Positions 39,651 through 53,054 of a stretch of 64,000 bases of DNA are shown one piece after another (the stretch's first letter is position 1; each line of letters opens with the position of its first letter). Made by a program: the position numbers and the translations under genes. The DNA is from Octopus bimaculoides (taxonomy: Eukaryota). The DNA is taken from NCBI RefSeq assembly GCF_001194135.2, contig NC_068984.1, positions 56,896,403 through 56,960,402 of the forward strand, in the 5' to 3' direction. The notes beneath the pieces were generated by a model that was given only the letters and a program-made list of their open reading frames with translations, was not told the origin of the DNA and searched no databases.

Positions 39651-39719
39651 AGGTATTATATTGTTAATTCTAACAGTGGCAAGCAAGGATTCACTCTGCT
39701 GTTTTTATTACTATTATTT

Positions 39720-40140
39720 AAGGTGGCAAGCTGGCAGAATCATTAGCATGTCAGACAAAATGCTTAATGGCATTTCATGTCTTTGTTTTGAGCTCAAATT
39801 CTGCCAAGGTTGTCTTTACCCTTCATCTTTTTAGGGTTAGTAAAGTAAGAACTAGTCAAGTTCTGGGGGCAATGTAACTAACTTGCTCCAGTCCCTCAAA
39901 ATTGCAGGCCTTGTGCCAAAATTAGAATTGTCATTAAGTGTAGCCTGTTATTAATGATTTCTAACATAAAGCATAACGGAAAGGTATAGTCGACTTAACT
40001 GACTCCAGTACTTTGACTGGTTCTTATTTTATTTATCTCTAAAAAGGCAAAGGCAATTCCTGATTAAATTTGAACTCACATAATAAAGAAATTAAAGTAC
40101 GAGGCATTTCATACAGTGCTCTATAAATTATGCCATTCAT
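39720..40140. mobile_element. Tail-to-tail inverted pair of family A SINEs (39720-39935 on +, about 39960-40140 on -)
   Basis: The first copy has the AAGGTGGCAAGCTGGCAGAATC head. The second reads as the reverse complement core (CCAGTACT..ACTGGTTCTTATTT..AAAAAGGCAAAGGCAA..TTTGAACTCA). Confidence 0.65.
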
Positions 40141-42739
40141 ATCAGTAGGTTACTGGATAATCAACTGAAAAGCTAGTGATTCATATTTCATAGCTTGTCA
40201 TTGGTACTGTAAGTATGTCTATAACTGAAATGCTTAACTATCAAAAGCCAGAGTTCATGACTGCTAAATGATGTAATCACCACTGCATCAGGTTAAGCAA
40301 CCAAATCTTCCTCAAATCACACCATATCATCTTTAAAAAAATATGGAAAAATACATTGGGCAATGTATGCCAAAAAAAGGTGAGATGGTCATGCTTTAAA
40401 TACCTTTGGTCATAGATCTTTTCAGTCAGAGCTGACCGAGAGTGAAACAGCAACAACACCTACAGTGTAAAATTCACCGCTTTGCAGTTCTCTGCTCCTT
40501 TTTTTCCCACAGGAAAAGTACCTACAAATGGCTAACATCCCAGCCAGTGGTAAATTTGTCATATTAAATTAAATACATAAAAATCATATGTAAGTAGCAG
40601 CAGACTCTGCAGGTCCATGATAGGACAAATGCATTAATAATGATAGTGGGGGTAAAGAGGATGTATATAATAGGATTGCCATTGGGTAAATAAATAAATA
40701 GAATCATTCATAGAACAAAACCAATAACATAATTATTTCCCTTAAATTTGATTTATGTATTACATACACACAGAAGACCAGATGGGGACAGACATTGTAT
40801 TTTAAATATTATTTAAATGTTCTATAGTTATTCTTTTAATTGCTTTAATTTTGCTTCCTTTATTTAATAGCCAAGGCTGAAGAGATAATTTCATCCTCTT
40901 GTCATTTGATAATATCCTATCACATGATCACATCTATGTAGAATTGCATAGAGTTTCCTTCCTCTGTTTCAGCTTGTTAAAGTTTAAATGTCTGCTTGGT
41001 GGCAAACTGAAGTAGCTTAGTATGATATATGTCACTGTCCCTCATATGGTTGCTGTGAACTGCCTTTTGTCCCTTTTTTGCGTGTGTATGTGTATTTCAG
41101 TTTCTATACAATAGTCAGTTGTGGTCTTTGTAAGTCAATCATATCACATCACTCAAGAATATCAAATTTGATAACATCCTGCATCAATGCAATCATCTGT
41201 AATTCAGTCTCTTAGTGCTATCATTTAATCTATTCTTTGACATTTTCTTCCCTTCCAAACAGCTATGAGTTTATACATTAGCAGCATTAAAACATAAGTA
41301 TGCATGCATACTGTCTGTCTCTCTATCTATCCCTATCTTTTCCCATCTCTATGCCTCCCTCTTTCTGTCTCCTCACCCTCTCTTGCTGGGTTGCTGGTTG
41401 GTGTTTTATTAGCCGGAATAACAATATATTTAACTTTCTATTCGCTGTCCTTTTTGTGAATCAGTAAATAAGGTCACGTTCTCTTATCTTAATATTTTAT
41501 GTGATGGCTTTGTTTAGATGTTAAAATTTCCAACTTGTATCTTTATTTACAAAAAACATACATTTTTTTTTATTAAGTTTTAATGCATATTTATTTAATT
41601 TTGAAAGAGCTCTTTGGTTTGGTATTCCTAATAAAACAATAATAAATTAACAAAGTACTTTCTTCACTCAGACATTCATCAATAGAAATTCGACAATGTG
41701 TTTCAAACTCAGAAAAGCAAATCAGGCAATATCATCTATAAAGAGCCCGGGATTAGCATCATTCATTTGGTGACCTCTGTTAAGACAAGTCTCACAACTC
41801 TTCACTAGCGCTCACTATTAGGCATATTTTCCTGAGGCATTTCTGCACTGTTGCAATTCATTTAGCAATCTATCTTTTCAAAAATAAGATACAAGTTTGT
41901 ACATCACTGTATCACATGTGTATAAGGTTCACCAGCAATCAATGTTTTTAATGAGACATCATCTTTATGTGATTGCAAACTAAGGTTAAAAAGTTGAAAG
42001 CCTGTTTGTGAGATTTAACTATCCCTGCCGAATGTCAGCTTGATATTTCAGTTTTCTTCACTTGGGATCCAAAACATTGGACAGAGACACATATCAGGTA
42101 CTGTTAGCCAGAGCCTGCTGACCTTGGGACTCATGTCAGGCAGGCTCATGTCATGCTCTGAAGTAATGATAAAAGTTACTACACTCTCTAAGTGTCAACT
42201 CACTCCGTGATTCCTATATCTAATACCACATTATTGACATAAAGTCTCTCTATACACACACACATGTTCACATGAAATGCCTTGTAATGTTTACTCTCAT
42301 CCAACTATGTGTTAAGTTCAAATTCTATTTGAGTAGTGTGTGCATTTAAAATTTCTCAGGACCAATAAAATAAATGAATTCAATAGACAGTTCTTCTCCT
42401 CTAAAGATTTGTGACCTTATACCAATGAAAGAAACTGACACTACTCAGCAGAAAGCAATAGATACACAGAATTCTTTAAATGTTATACAAGATGCTTTGT
42501 AATATTGATTTATTAACCTTTTTGTTCAGAGTTTGAGACCCCTAAAGGCCAACAGGCCATTCATCCATCCAAGGTCTAAAAATACCAGTCAAGTGCTGGG
42601 GTTAGTATATAGTCATCTGTACCCTCCCATAAACATATTTCCTTGTACTTATGTTGGAAATCAATATTATTCATCAGAAATAATAGGTTTTACGTCTGTC
42701 TATCCATACCTTTGAGCTGAATAGGTCAGCATTGTTTTA

Positions 42740-42971
42740 ATGCTTACTTTTCTATGCTTGTATGAGTTGGATGGAGTTTATTGAGGCAGATTTTATATGA
42801 CTGCATACCCTTCCTGTCACCATCCCATTGTTTCCAAGCAAGGAAATATTTCCCCATGACCAGACATGTTTTTGCAGAATATTGGAAATGAATGACACTG
42901 CAGGTTTGACAACGACTCTCATTTACAACTATCCTGCTATGTCAAGACAAGGAGAGACACACATGCATGTG

Positions 42972-43056
<85 letters not shown>

Positions 43057-43250
43057 TCTCCCTCTCTCCCTCTCTCTCGCAACAAGCTTCTTTCAGTTTC
43101 CATCTATCATATCTATTCTCAGTGCTTTGATTGGCCTGGTGTTAAAGTAGAAGACAATTACTCTGGGTGCCATGAAGTGGGACTGAACCTGAAGCTTTGT
43201 GGATTTGAAAGCAATCTTCTTAAATATGACAGCTATGCTTGCACCTCTCA
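42740..43250 (-). mobile_element. Composite SINE family E (B head, (GA)n microsatellite, RTE-like tail)
   Basis: B head at 43080-43250, (CT)n at 42975-43078, and a tail at 42740-42960 matching 34110-34330. Confidence 0.7.
42975..43078. repeat. (CT)n microsatellite
   Basis: Seen directly; potential H-DNA. Confidence 0.95.
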
Positions 43251-44091
43251 AGTTAGCGATATATTATTCTTTGCCTAATACATAGATTTTTTTTTTTTTT
43301 TGTTAGTTTTATTAGCCAAGCCATTTAGATCCTAGCCAATGGACTGAATGATTCACGTCAATGGCACTATGCTTTATTTTTAGTTGAGGTATTTAGCTTC
43401 CATTAACCAAATCTGCTTAGCTACATATAAGTACCACAGAGAAATACAACACATTTCTATAGACAGCAGAGGCCCTGTAAATACATTTCAGAGATGTTTT
43501 GTTATTTTGAAATTCTAAGCTGTAATGGTTTAATAGACTAGCATTTTATTTTGTAGGCAGACATTTCTCTCAACCATTCACTCTCTGGAAACCTGGAACA
43601 AGCTTTAATATTGTAAAACAAGCACATAGAATTTAAAATAATGATTCCTTTCATAAATACAAAGCCAAAGGTTTGGGGGAAGAAGTATAATTAATTACGT
43701 CAGTCTTCATATTTTATTGGTATTTTATTTTGTCAACCTTGAAAGAATGAAAGTAAAGTCAGTCCAAGCTGGGTTTTATCTCAAAATGTAATGGGCCATA
43801 ACTAGACACATTTCACCTTCACATGTATGGATAATTCTGGTAGTTTTACATTGTACTTCCTGGTCATCTGCTAGTGAGAAAACTTGTGATTAAAAGTATT
43901 CTAGCCATAGAATATGAAGTGGTGAAGTATGGGGTGTGTGGGTTGTGTAAATCACACAGGATGGATGCTTTATACATGCATGTTTACTGTCATACACTGT
44001 ATGTTACATTTAGGGAAAGGGTAACAAATTTGGCTACCATGCAGGGTGACCAAGACCCAAGCTAAGCCACTGTAGCAATAACCGTCTTGTA

Positions 44092-44141
<50 letters not shown>

Positions 44142-44699
44142 ACACACACAAAATTACATTGTCTAAAGTGTTTTTCCTTTTTTAAAACAAAAAGGTTTAA
44201 TTGGAGAGAGTTTTTTTTTTTTTTTGGTATTTGTGTTTGGTATTTTTCGTATTTAATATAGTTTCTTTTGGCTATTTCTAGCAGTTGGTTTGAGATCTGT
44301 ATGGTCATTTGCGTGAGTGAGTTTATTGGTTGATTAATGCCTAGCCAGTTCTGATTTACCTTAATTATTTACACCTAAGTAGCTGAACTGAACATTTGAT
44401 AATGATCCACTGAATGAAGTGTAATAGTGGGATTCAGAATAGCCTGAGATCTCAAAATTAAACAAACTTGACAACAATAGACTTTGGATGTGCTAACATA
44501 ATATTAGAAATGCATGAGAAACTGTTGCATTGCTGATTTGTCCAACTCCTTATCATCATTGAGAAATAGAAATACTAATGATTCAATTATTCTAGAGAGT
44601 TTTAATATAGTTCAAGTGAAACAAAGAAGTAATGATGTACATTTTCATTTTTGATAAGGATTAATTCTGTATATTTACGTGACTCAAAAGCACACCAAT

Positions 44700-45090
44700 G
44701 TGCATAAGAAGTTTACTTTGCAACTGTATGGTTTTATGTGCATTCCCACTACATGATACTTTGGGATTAAATCTTCTACGCTGGGTTCATGAATTCTTTG
44801 TGAGTGTAATTTGGTAAATAGAAACTGATTAGAAGCTTCTTGTATGTGTGTTTGTTTTTGCATGTCTTTGCAATGACTCTACTTGGATAGCAGTGACATT
44901 ACTTAATCTCTATGAAAAAAAAAATCAAGCAGCTTGGCGGTTCAATGTGCAAAGACAAGGACTAAAGTATCTTACTTGAAAACAAGTAATGGTTGGTATA
45001 AAGAAGGGTGTCTGGCCACAGAATATTGCTTTGAGAAGTTTTATCCTATCTATGCTAACATGTAAAAGTAGACATGAATTTGATGATGAT
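44700..45090 (+). mobile_element. Degenerate composite SINE family E
   Basis: Decayed B head plus GGAAACAAG..GGTTGG..TAAGAAGGG..TCTGGCC...GACATGAA..TGATGATGAT tail. Confidence 0.5.
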
Positions 45091-48000
45091 TACTTAATCT
45101 TAATTGGATAGTATGTAACCTAAACCACATTGAAGATGAATGAGACTTAACTATGTTGAAATCATACACAATACTTCATATTGCTTTTATTGGTTTTACC
45201 CCTAAATTTAATTTAATGCGGAAAGCTGATTAACTCAAGGCCCATATAGTTTTAATATTTGATCAATTCAGGAAAAAGGGAAAATTTGCTCCAGATTTTG
45301 AAATTAGAAACAAGACAAAAAAAGCTACATATGGTAATGAAGATTAGGTATGATATAAAACTAAATATGAATCACTCTCTATTCACATCATCATTGCACT
45401 TGTAGAATAAAAACGAATATCCATATTGCAAAAATATCTTCCTTATTTTGTTAGAGTTCTGTCAGAAGTTTTGTATTGTAGTTTGTTAAGTTGTCAATTA
45501 ACAAATGTTCCAAGGAAGGAAACATTTAAACATTAATATCATGTTATATAATGTCCTACCTATGTTGTGCCTACTTTATTAATTACAGATGATTTAACCA
45601 AAAAGTAATTCTCTTTTTATTTTGTATTTGAAAAATGAAAATTTCTATATAAAAAAAAGTTTTCTGTGAAAGAAAAACTAATTAGCACAAGCTCATTTAT
45701 TACAAAATGAGTTTCTAAAAATATATTTCCCCATTTACTTTGTTGCAAATTAAAAAGTAAATTAATTAGAATCATATTATGGAAAAAATATCATTTATTG
45801 TTAAGATCTAAGTGTCTCTAGATGGCAATTATCTTTTATTTAGGTGAAAAAAAAATTCCAGATAATTATAGAGAATACATGCAAAACCATACAAATGAAA
45901 TAAATTTTGATAACTTAATATTAATAAATCTGTTACTATACATGGAAAAACAATATAATGTGGACAAACCCATAACCTCTCAAGTTTAAAATGTATGTTT
46001 AATTTTTATTGTTCCTCTCTTATTTTACATTTTTATGGTTGATTTTTGTTAAAAAAAGTTTGGTCATTTTTATTTAAACATTGTTACTTTGTTCTAAACC
46101 ATTATAAGCTAACACTATCATAGTAAGTACACTTCTGATGACAGAAGTTAACTTTCATCTGTGGACATTTTTATTTCTTTTACTTCTTGATAGTCAGAAC
46201 AGACTCCGTAGAAACTAACCCATTAGCTTGAAGTATACTTGGTTTTTAACTTCTCACCATTGTGTCCTCAGAAAACTATTTGCTATATTTCTTGGCATAG
46301 GGTTACTATATTTTTTTTTTTCAAAATAAATCTAAAAAAAATTACCAAGTTTCCAAAGGGACAAAAGTTACATTTCTCATAAGCTGGTTTTAACTCCAGA
46401 GAAAGGTTATATAAAATAAACTTAGCATACCTCCATGCTGTAAAAGTATATGAAAGTAGGAGACCTTGTTTTTATATTTATTATAATTTTTTTTCTCAAA
46501 CTTTTAAAGCTAAATTTGCAGTGTATCTTTGAAGTTGGAGTGTCTTCTACACTAGGAATTATGGTAATGCTCAATAATCAATTTCTGTTAGTTGTAAATG
46601 GGTGTCATAAGGACATGCACTTTGTTACTCCATATAACTTAGACACTGTATAACTGGCAAGTATTTGTTACACATGCAGTACTTAATCCAAAATGTTCCA
46701 TGAATTTAATCTGACAAGAGCTACACAGTGGTTCTCCATCATTTGACAACCAGAATTCAGTTGTTTTATCATATGTGACAAAGCTGTGCTTATATTGAGT
46801 TTACCTCTACTTAGTTTCCCTTACAAGGTATGGGTTGACCCAAGGCTATAGAAAATGACATTTGGCCAAAATGTCATATAAAGGAATTGAACCTGGAACC
46901 TTGTACTTGTGAAACAAACTTCTTAGCCGTTGATTTGTTTGTGTATTCAAACTATATAAAAGCATAAGCCTTCAGTATTGCACTAAAGATCTGGAACATC
47001 TATTATTCAAAATATCTGAAAGATCACAATACACATGCCGTTTTTAAAACCATTAATAACATAAGTGAACTAATTCCAGTATCCGATTTCAACTCCCATT
47101 GGCACCAACACTACATTTAACTCTATTATTAACTGTGCTCAATGACTTAAAATGTGTCAAGAATAACTATGTGCACTATACTTTCACTTGAAATTAATTC
47201 ATATATATATGGGGGGGGGGGTATGTGTGTGAAAAAGACCATATTACAAATTCAGTATTGCGTGACAGGAGTTGAGTATTTCATTCACTGAACCAGTGTA
47301 CTTTTTTATACACCACTTTAATTTTAAAACTACTTTATTTCCACCAAGTTACTTTAGTGCTCTGATAATTTCCAAGCAGTGTTTCATCAGCTGATAGAGA
47401 GGGTTTTTTATTTATTTATTTATTTTTTTTTCTCCAAGGCACTTAGTTTACAGCAACTTGGATATAAAACTGAAACAAAACATAGCCTCTGAAATGCCAA
47501 GAGCAAGTAAGAAATTGTTACCCTCACTGAAGTAAAAATATAAATCGAGATAAAGACAGAAAAAAGACAGCAGAGTTTATTAGCCACTGATGAAAATTTA
47601 TAAAGACAAAGCAAATGCTTACTGTGAAAACTTTATCAAACAAAAGCAGCAGTTTGATAAGCAACATTGAAAGCAACCATAGTCTTCCTTAAATTTGATT
47701 TAGGTTTTGACAGCAGCATTTCTGTTGTTGTTGATAGTGATGGTGATATTGTCATTACTACTATTACATCACCATCATTTATATTATCTTGCAAGTCCTA
47801 ATCTGTGAAAATTGATTTCTTATGAAAGTGGCAAAGACTGATATATAGTGGTTGGGAAAGCACTATGTTTTTGTGACCTTCATGAGTTTAAAAGTACTGA
47901 AATGGCTTAACCTAGTAATAAAAGCCTAGTTGAAACTATATATGTATTTGTGTAAAGATAGTCAAAGCTGTGCAGATTAGTAACCCCTTTAAGGGAGTTT

Positions 48001-48796
48001 ATTTTTACCTCACTTCACATTTGATTTTTATGCCAACAATAGAGCATCTACATAGTCACTCATTGCTAAAAGTAGCAACTAAATCTCACTCAAATCCCAT
48101 TTGCAGTCTTGGAAAGGTAAAATTTGATAATATGGTCCTGTTTCCTTGCACATGGGGAAAATATGGTGTGGCCACAATTGGAGTGCTTTTTGATCATAGT
48201 CTGCTCAATCAAAATTGGATATTTTATATTTAAGTTACTTTCTAAACACAGATCAGTTAAAAATGCTAGTAGATAGATGCTATACTACAAAGGATATTTG
48301 TGAAATTAAACTGTGAAGAAACTTGCTGAAAATTTTAATTGGAGTTTCCATTACCATCAGCAGCTGTGGCTTTTTACTGAATACATTAAAACAATGTATT
48401 TTATGTATTTTTATAATATTTTCCTTATTTACATGCATTTAAAATAACAAAAATGGCTCTCAATAATTCATGCAGAGTGGAAGTTGTTGTTTAGATCCAA
48501 GTCAATCCTAATTGAGCAAATGTTTTTTAACTAAAGATATTCCAGCCATGGACATTGTCTTTTCTTTAAGCACAATATATCGAGGACTACCCAATGTTCT
48601 ATCCTCTCTTATTTTTTAAGAAGGGAGGATAGCATTTTAAGGAGATTCAACTTCTATCTTTAGTAGATTGAGTGACCAAATAGAAACTCCTTCATTATCC
48701 TGTAGAGTAGCAGTTAATTTGGAAAGTGTTTGGGTGCCTACTGATAGAAGTATGTAGAGATGCTGTGAGAGAGAGAGAGAGAGAGAGAAGTATAAT

Positions 48797-48992
48797 AGTG
48801 GTTTCAAACTCTGGCACAGGGCCAACAGTTTACATTGACTCCAGTACTTGATTGGTTCTTATTTTACTGACCCTGAAAGGATGGAAGGCAAAGTCAACCT
48901 TGGTGGAACTTGAACTCAGAACATAAAGACAGATAAAATACCACTAAGCATTTTGCCTTGTGTGCTAATGATTCTGCCAGCTTGTTGCCTTA
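48797..48992 (-). mobile_element. SINE family A copy
   Basis: Reverse complement of the family A consensus, ending TTCTGCCAGCTTGTTGCCTT. Confidence 0.8.
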
Positions 48993-49421
48993 TGTCTCTA
49001 TATAATAATAGTTGTTATAAATATTGGTTGGTTGATTTCTCCTGTTACACTTTACATCATACAGAGAAAGTTAGAGAGAGTGAGTAAAAGAGCTAGTTAA
49101 ACAGTGCAGGATGAGTGCACATTTGAGGCTTAGTAGCAGTAAATAAACATTATACACATAGAGAGAAAGAATCATAGAGACAAAGGGGGAGTGAGAATAA
49201 ATGACATAGCAGTTATGGGAAAAGAGGAATTAAAATTTATATTATTTCATTTTATTTTAAAGTAATAATGTTTTTCTTTAGAAAATTAATATTCATTTCA
49301 TTATCTTGTGTGAGCATCAAGAAATTTGATAAAAGTTACATTATAATGATTGCATGTGCACAATGTTTCCTGATATTACCCACGTTGGCAAAAGTATACT
49401 TTCAAAGTTACTTGTCATATG

Positions 49422-49683
49422 TAGAGCCAGTGCAAGTAAGTGTGGGGCCCAATTAGAGAATTGTCAGTGGGGCTCTCTACTGTACAAGAGCTGAAGATTG
49501 ATATTTTATGCTTCTTGTATGTCAGTTACAGCCAAAAAGCATTGAAGGCTTGATATACAAAAAAATTATCACAATGTTCCTCTGTTCTAGCATGTGCATG
49601 GGGTCCTATGTTTGTGTGGGGCCCTCTCTTAATGCAGGGCCCAATTTGAACAAATCTGTCTAATTAGTTTAAAACTGGCCATA
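49422..49683. mobile_element. hAT-type MITE
   Basis: TIR TAGAGCCAGT...ACTGGCCATA (8/10 match), internal GGGGCCC motifs, and an 8-bp TSD GTCATATG / TTCATATG (7/8 match). An 8-bp TSD is the hAT signature. Confidence 0.7.
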
Positions 49684-49854
49684 TTCATATGATGGGGAAC
49701 ACTCTAGTTTACTTAGCAGTATCAATATAATCACAGGTAGTCATTTATATGACTTACAATGGGTTATAAAAATATATTCAATCAGAATGGTTGAATAAGC
49801 TCTAAGGCTAAACTTGAAGTCACAGCCAACACAAATTTTAGAATAAATTTGGCA

Positions 49855-50066
49855 TTACTCCTAGCATTACGTCACTCCATCAGTAATTGTTTTTTATGTT
49901 AAAACTGGCCAGATCTGGTCTCTCACACCTGTTCTACAATGTCATTCTAAATGTAAGCAATCACATCATGAAAATCTCTTAGCTACAAGATAATGCATTA
50001 TCAATTCAAATTAATGTGAATAAATAAGCTTTGCATTTGAGAGAGTAGTCTGAATGCTGAAAGGGA
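49855..50066 (-). mobile_element. piggyBac-like MITE
   Basis: One end reads CTGAATGCTGAAAGGG (reverse complement CCCTTTCAGCATTCAG); the other end is a degenerate CTCCTAGCATT. TTAA flanks are decayed. Confidence 0.45.
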
Positions 50067-50069
50067 AGG

Positions 50070-50930
50070 GCCATACATTTACATTGGGCAAACGGCTGAT
50101 TAATTTAAGAATCATTATCACAACCATGTTGCCAGCTTCAAGAGAATCAATAAGAGACATTCAACATCTTTGGCCAAATTTGTGTGGCAACTGAAGGAAG
50201 ATAAAATTAAATATAACATAACTTGGTCCATAGTAATGCATGCAAAACCATACAATATCATTTCCAGGAAATGCCAACTCTGCTCCGAGGAACCTCTGTC
50301 TATTCTGTGGACCAATGAGAAGATCATTAATAGAATTTCTGAAAGACGCTAAAGATGCCTGCATGCATATAAATGTACATTCACACAATGCAGTGTGAAT
50401 GAATTTGAGTAACTGTTAACATAATTTACTTTAAGTCATGGATGAATTAAGTTTAGCTTTAACATCCCCATTCTTATAAACACCAAGTAGCTATTTAACT
50501 TGCTATTTAAACATGTGTGCACTAAACCACATGTGCGTATGCTTACATCTTCATAGATGCTTGTATGAGCATGTATACACGGCTATGCTGCTTGCACAAG
50601 GGTGTTTATACATCCATATCTGTTAATGGTTATTTTTAATATTTTTCTCGTATTGTGTGTTCATTTCTTTTTTGCATCTGTTATTTTACTTTTGATCTTC
50701 TATATAAATGAAGATATATCCTTTGTTTTGCATGAAATGAGAAGATACATTGCAGAACTGTTATTTTAACTTATATCTATTTATCACCTGAAGAGACACA
50801 TCTGCACCATTGGATGCTCCTGAACCAGTTGTTAAGTATCCCACCTGTAAGGGATCGCTGGTAGATGTGTCGAAACAATTGTCATGATTAATAAAAATTC
50901 TCGTATCTTCCATCTTCTGTCTTCTATTTA
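50070..50930 (+). mobile_element. Penelope-like element 3' fragment (GIY-YIG C-terminal half and tail)
   Basis: YIYIGQT.*FKNHYHNHVASFKRINKRHSTSLAKFVWQLKEDKIKYNITWSIVMHAKPYNIISRKCQLCSEE matches PLE GIY-YIG (YIGxT..FKxR..H..SF..T.LSK.IW.LK..CxLC). The tail carries CTGAAGAG...GTCGAAAC. Confidence 0.82.
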
Positions 50931-50931
50931 C

Positions 50932-50935
<4 letters not shown>

Positions 50936-51020
<85 letters not shown>

Positions 51021-51030
51021 NNNNNNNNNN

Positions 51031-51123
<93 letters not shown>

Positions 51124-51130
51124 GTACATA
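50936..51130. repeat. Compound (AT)n/(GT)n microsatellite containing a 10-N gap (51021-51030)
   Basis: Seen directly; it explains the many YIYIYI/HTHTHT ORFs in the track. Confidence 0.95.
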
Positions 51131-51423
51131 TGCGTGAGCGCGTGTGTGTGTCTGCATGTGTATGAGTTGCCAATATGGATATTTATAGTTTTGATTTCGC
51201 CACCTCTTTTCTCACACACACACACATGCACATTCATGAAGTAAAATATAAAATAAATTTGACTACAGATAGATTAATCATTAATCTATTTATTTAATTA
51301 GGTTAACAGTAATTAATTATGTACCCCATGTGTATTTAATTATGTATAAGTATGTGTTGTGTGTATTTGTGAATATACATATATGCATATACACACACTC
51401 ATATCCATCCATGCATCCACCTA

Positions 51424-51508
<85 letters not shown>

Positions 51509-52163
51509 TTTCATTTTTGTATATATCTTTCTGATAATTATATGCAAGTCAAGTGCATTATCAAGTTCAAAAATATCCAACAAATGTGGTTTCTCTTATT
51601 AGATTTTGCTTGGTCAGCCGGTTATAAAAATGTCCTCAACAATTTACCTAACCTTCTTCTAGGAATTAACCATGTTAAATAAAAGTGTCAGGGAAAATTT
51701 CATGGTTTCTTTCTCATTTTATTGTTTGTTTGACATTCTAAGTCTGTTTTTGGTTTTATGTACATCACCCAAGTTAGAAGTACTTTTGGTTTAGTCACAT
51801 GCAATAAATATCATTTTTTTTCCAACCCCTACTAATAAAATATTATTATCCTAATTGAATTTGGCTGTACTAACCTTTTTGGTAAATGGATTTTGTAGAC
51901 TGCTTATGTTCTCTGCCTGCTTTACTATTTAACCTATATAAATAGTAGGGCTGGCATGAATATTATCCTGGACCCCAGTGAAGTACATAAAATACAGCTA
52001 ACAAGGCAGACAAATGCCACTTAACTCTTTTGATGCCAACTTGTCTGACTGCCTTGGTTCTGTGATTCAAACCTTGGTTTAAAGAATTCATGTTTAAATA
52101 AAGAACGTTCCATCAGATTTTATGCAAGAATTATTTGTTAATATATACAAACAAAATATAAAT

Positions 52164-52607
52164 GATAATATACACTTTTACTTGTTTCAGTCATTTGACT
52201 GCGGCCATGCTGGAGCACCGCCTATATAGTTGAGAAAATCGACCCCAGAACTTATTCTTTGTAAGCCTGGTACTTATTCTATCAGTCTCTTTTGCTGAGC
52301 CGCTAAGTTATGTGGACGTAAACACACCAGCATCGGTTGCCAAGTGATAGTGGGGGGAACAAACAGACACACAAACACATACACACACATACATATACAT
52401 ATATATATATATACATATACATATACATATACATATACGACTGGCTTCTTCCAGTTTCCATCTACCAAATCCATTCACAAGGCTTTGGTTGGCCCGTGGC
52501 TATAGTAGAAGACACTTGCCCAAGGTGCCACGCAGTGGGACTGAACCCAGGACCATGTGGTTGGTAAGCAAGCTGCTTACCACACAGTCACTCCTGCACC
52601 TATGTAT
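52164..52607 (-). mobile_element. SINE family B, young copy with 15-bp TSD
   Basis: Near-complete reverse complement of 21797-22200. TSD AAACAAAATATAAAT at 52149-52163 and 52608-52622. Confidence 0.9.
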
Positions 52608-52659
52608 AAACAAAATATAAATATAAACAATATTTTGTTGGTTACAAAGTGTCTGTTAT

Positions 52660-53054
52660 CTTTTACTTGTTTCAGTCATTAGACTTTGGCCATGCTGGGG
52701 CACCACCTTGAAGAACTTTTAGTCAAATGAATCAACCCCAGCACTTATTTTTTGTTAAGCCTGTTACTTATTTTATCAGTCTCTTTTGCTGAACCACTGT
52801 TACAGGGAGATAAAATAACCAACGCAAGTTGTCAAGTGGTAGTGGAGGACAAACACAGGCACAGAGACTCTCACATGCATCCATGAGCACACTTGTGTGC
52901 GCACACACACACACATGATGGGATTCTTTCTGTTTCTGTCTACCAAATCCTCTCATAATGCTTTGATTTCCCAAGGTGCCATGCAATGGGACTGAACCTT
53001 GAACCATGTGGTTGGGAAGCAAGCTTCTTACCACACATCCACACCTGCACCTAT
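52660..53054 (-). mobile_element. SINE family B, older copy adjacent to the previous one
   Basis: Same tail CTTTTACTTGTTTCAGTCATT and head ...CTTCTTACCACACA.CCACACCTGCACCTAT. Confidence 0.82.

Noticed and set aside
42052-42097. DPKHWTETHIR resembling the ETS Pointed domain (DPRQWTETHVR)
   Set aside because: Short match, the upstream residues do not fit, and no following exon with the W..W motif was found.
50761-51682. Cluster of overlapping ORFs (YIYI/HTHT/ERER)
   Set aside because: Dinucleotide microsatellites spanning an N gap.
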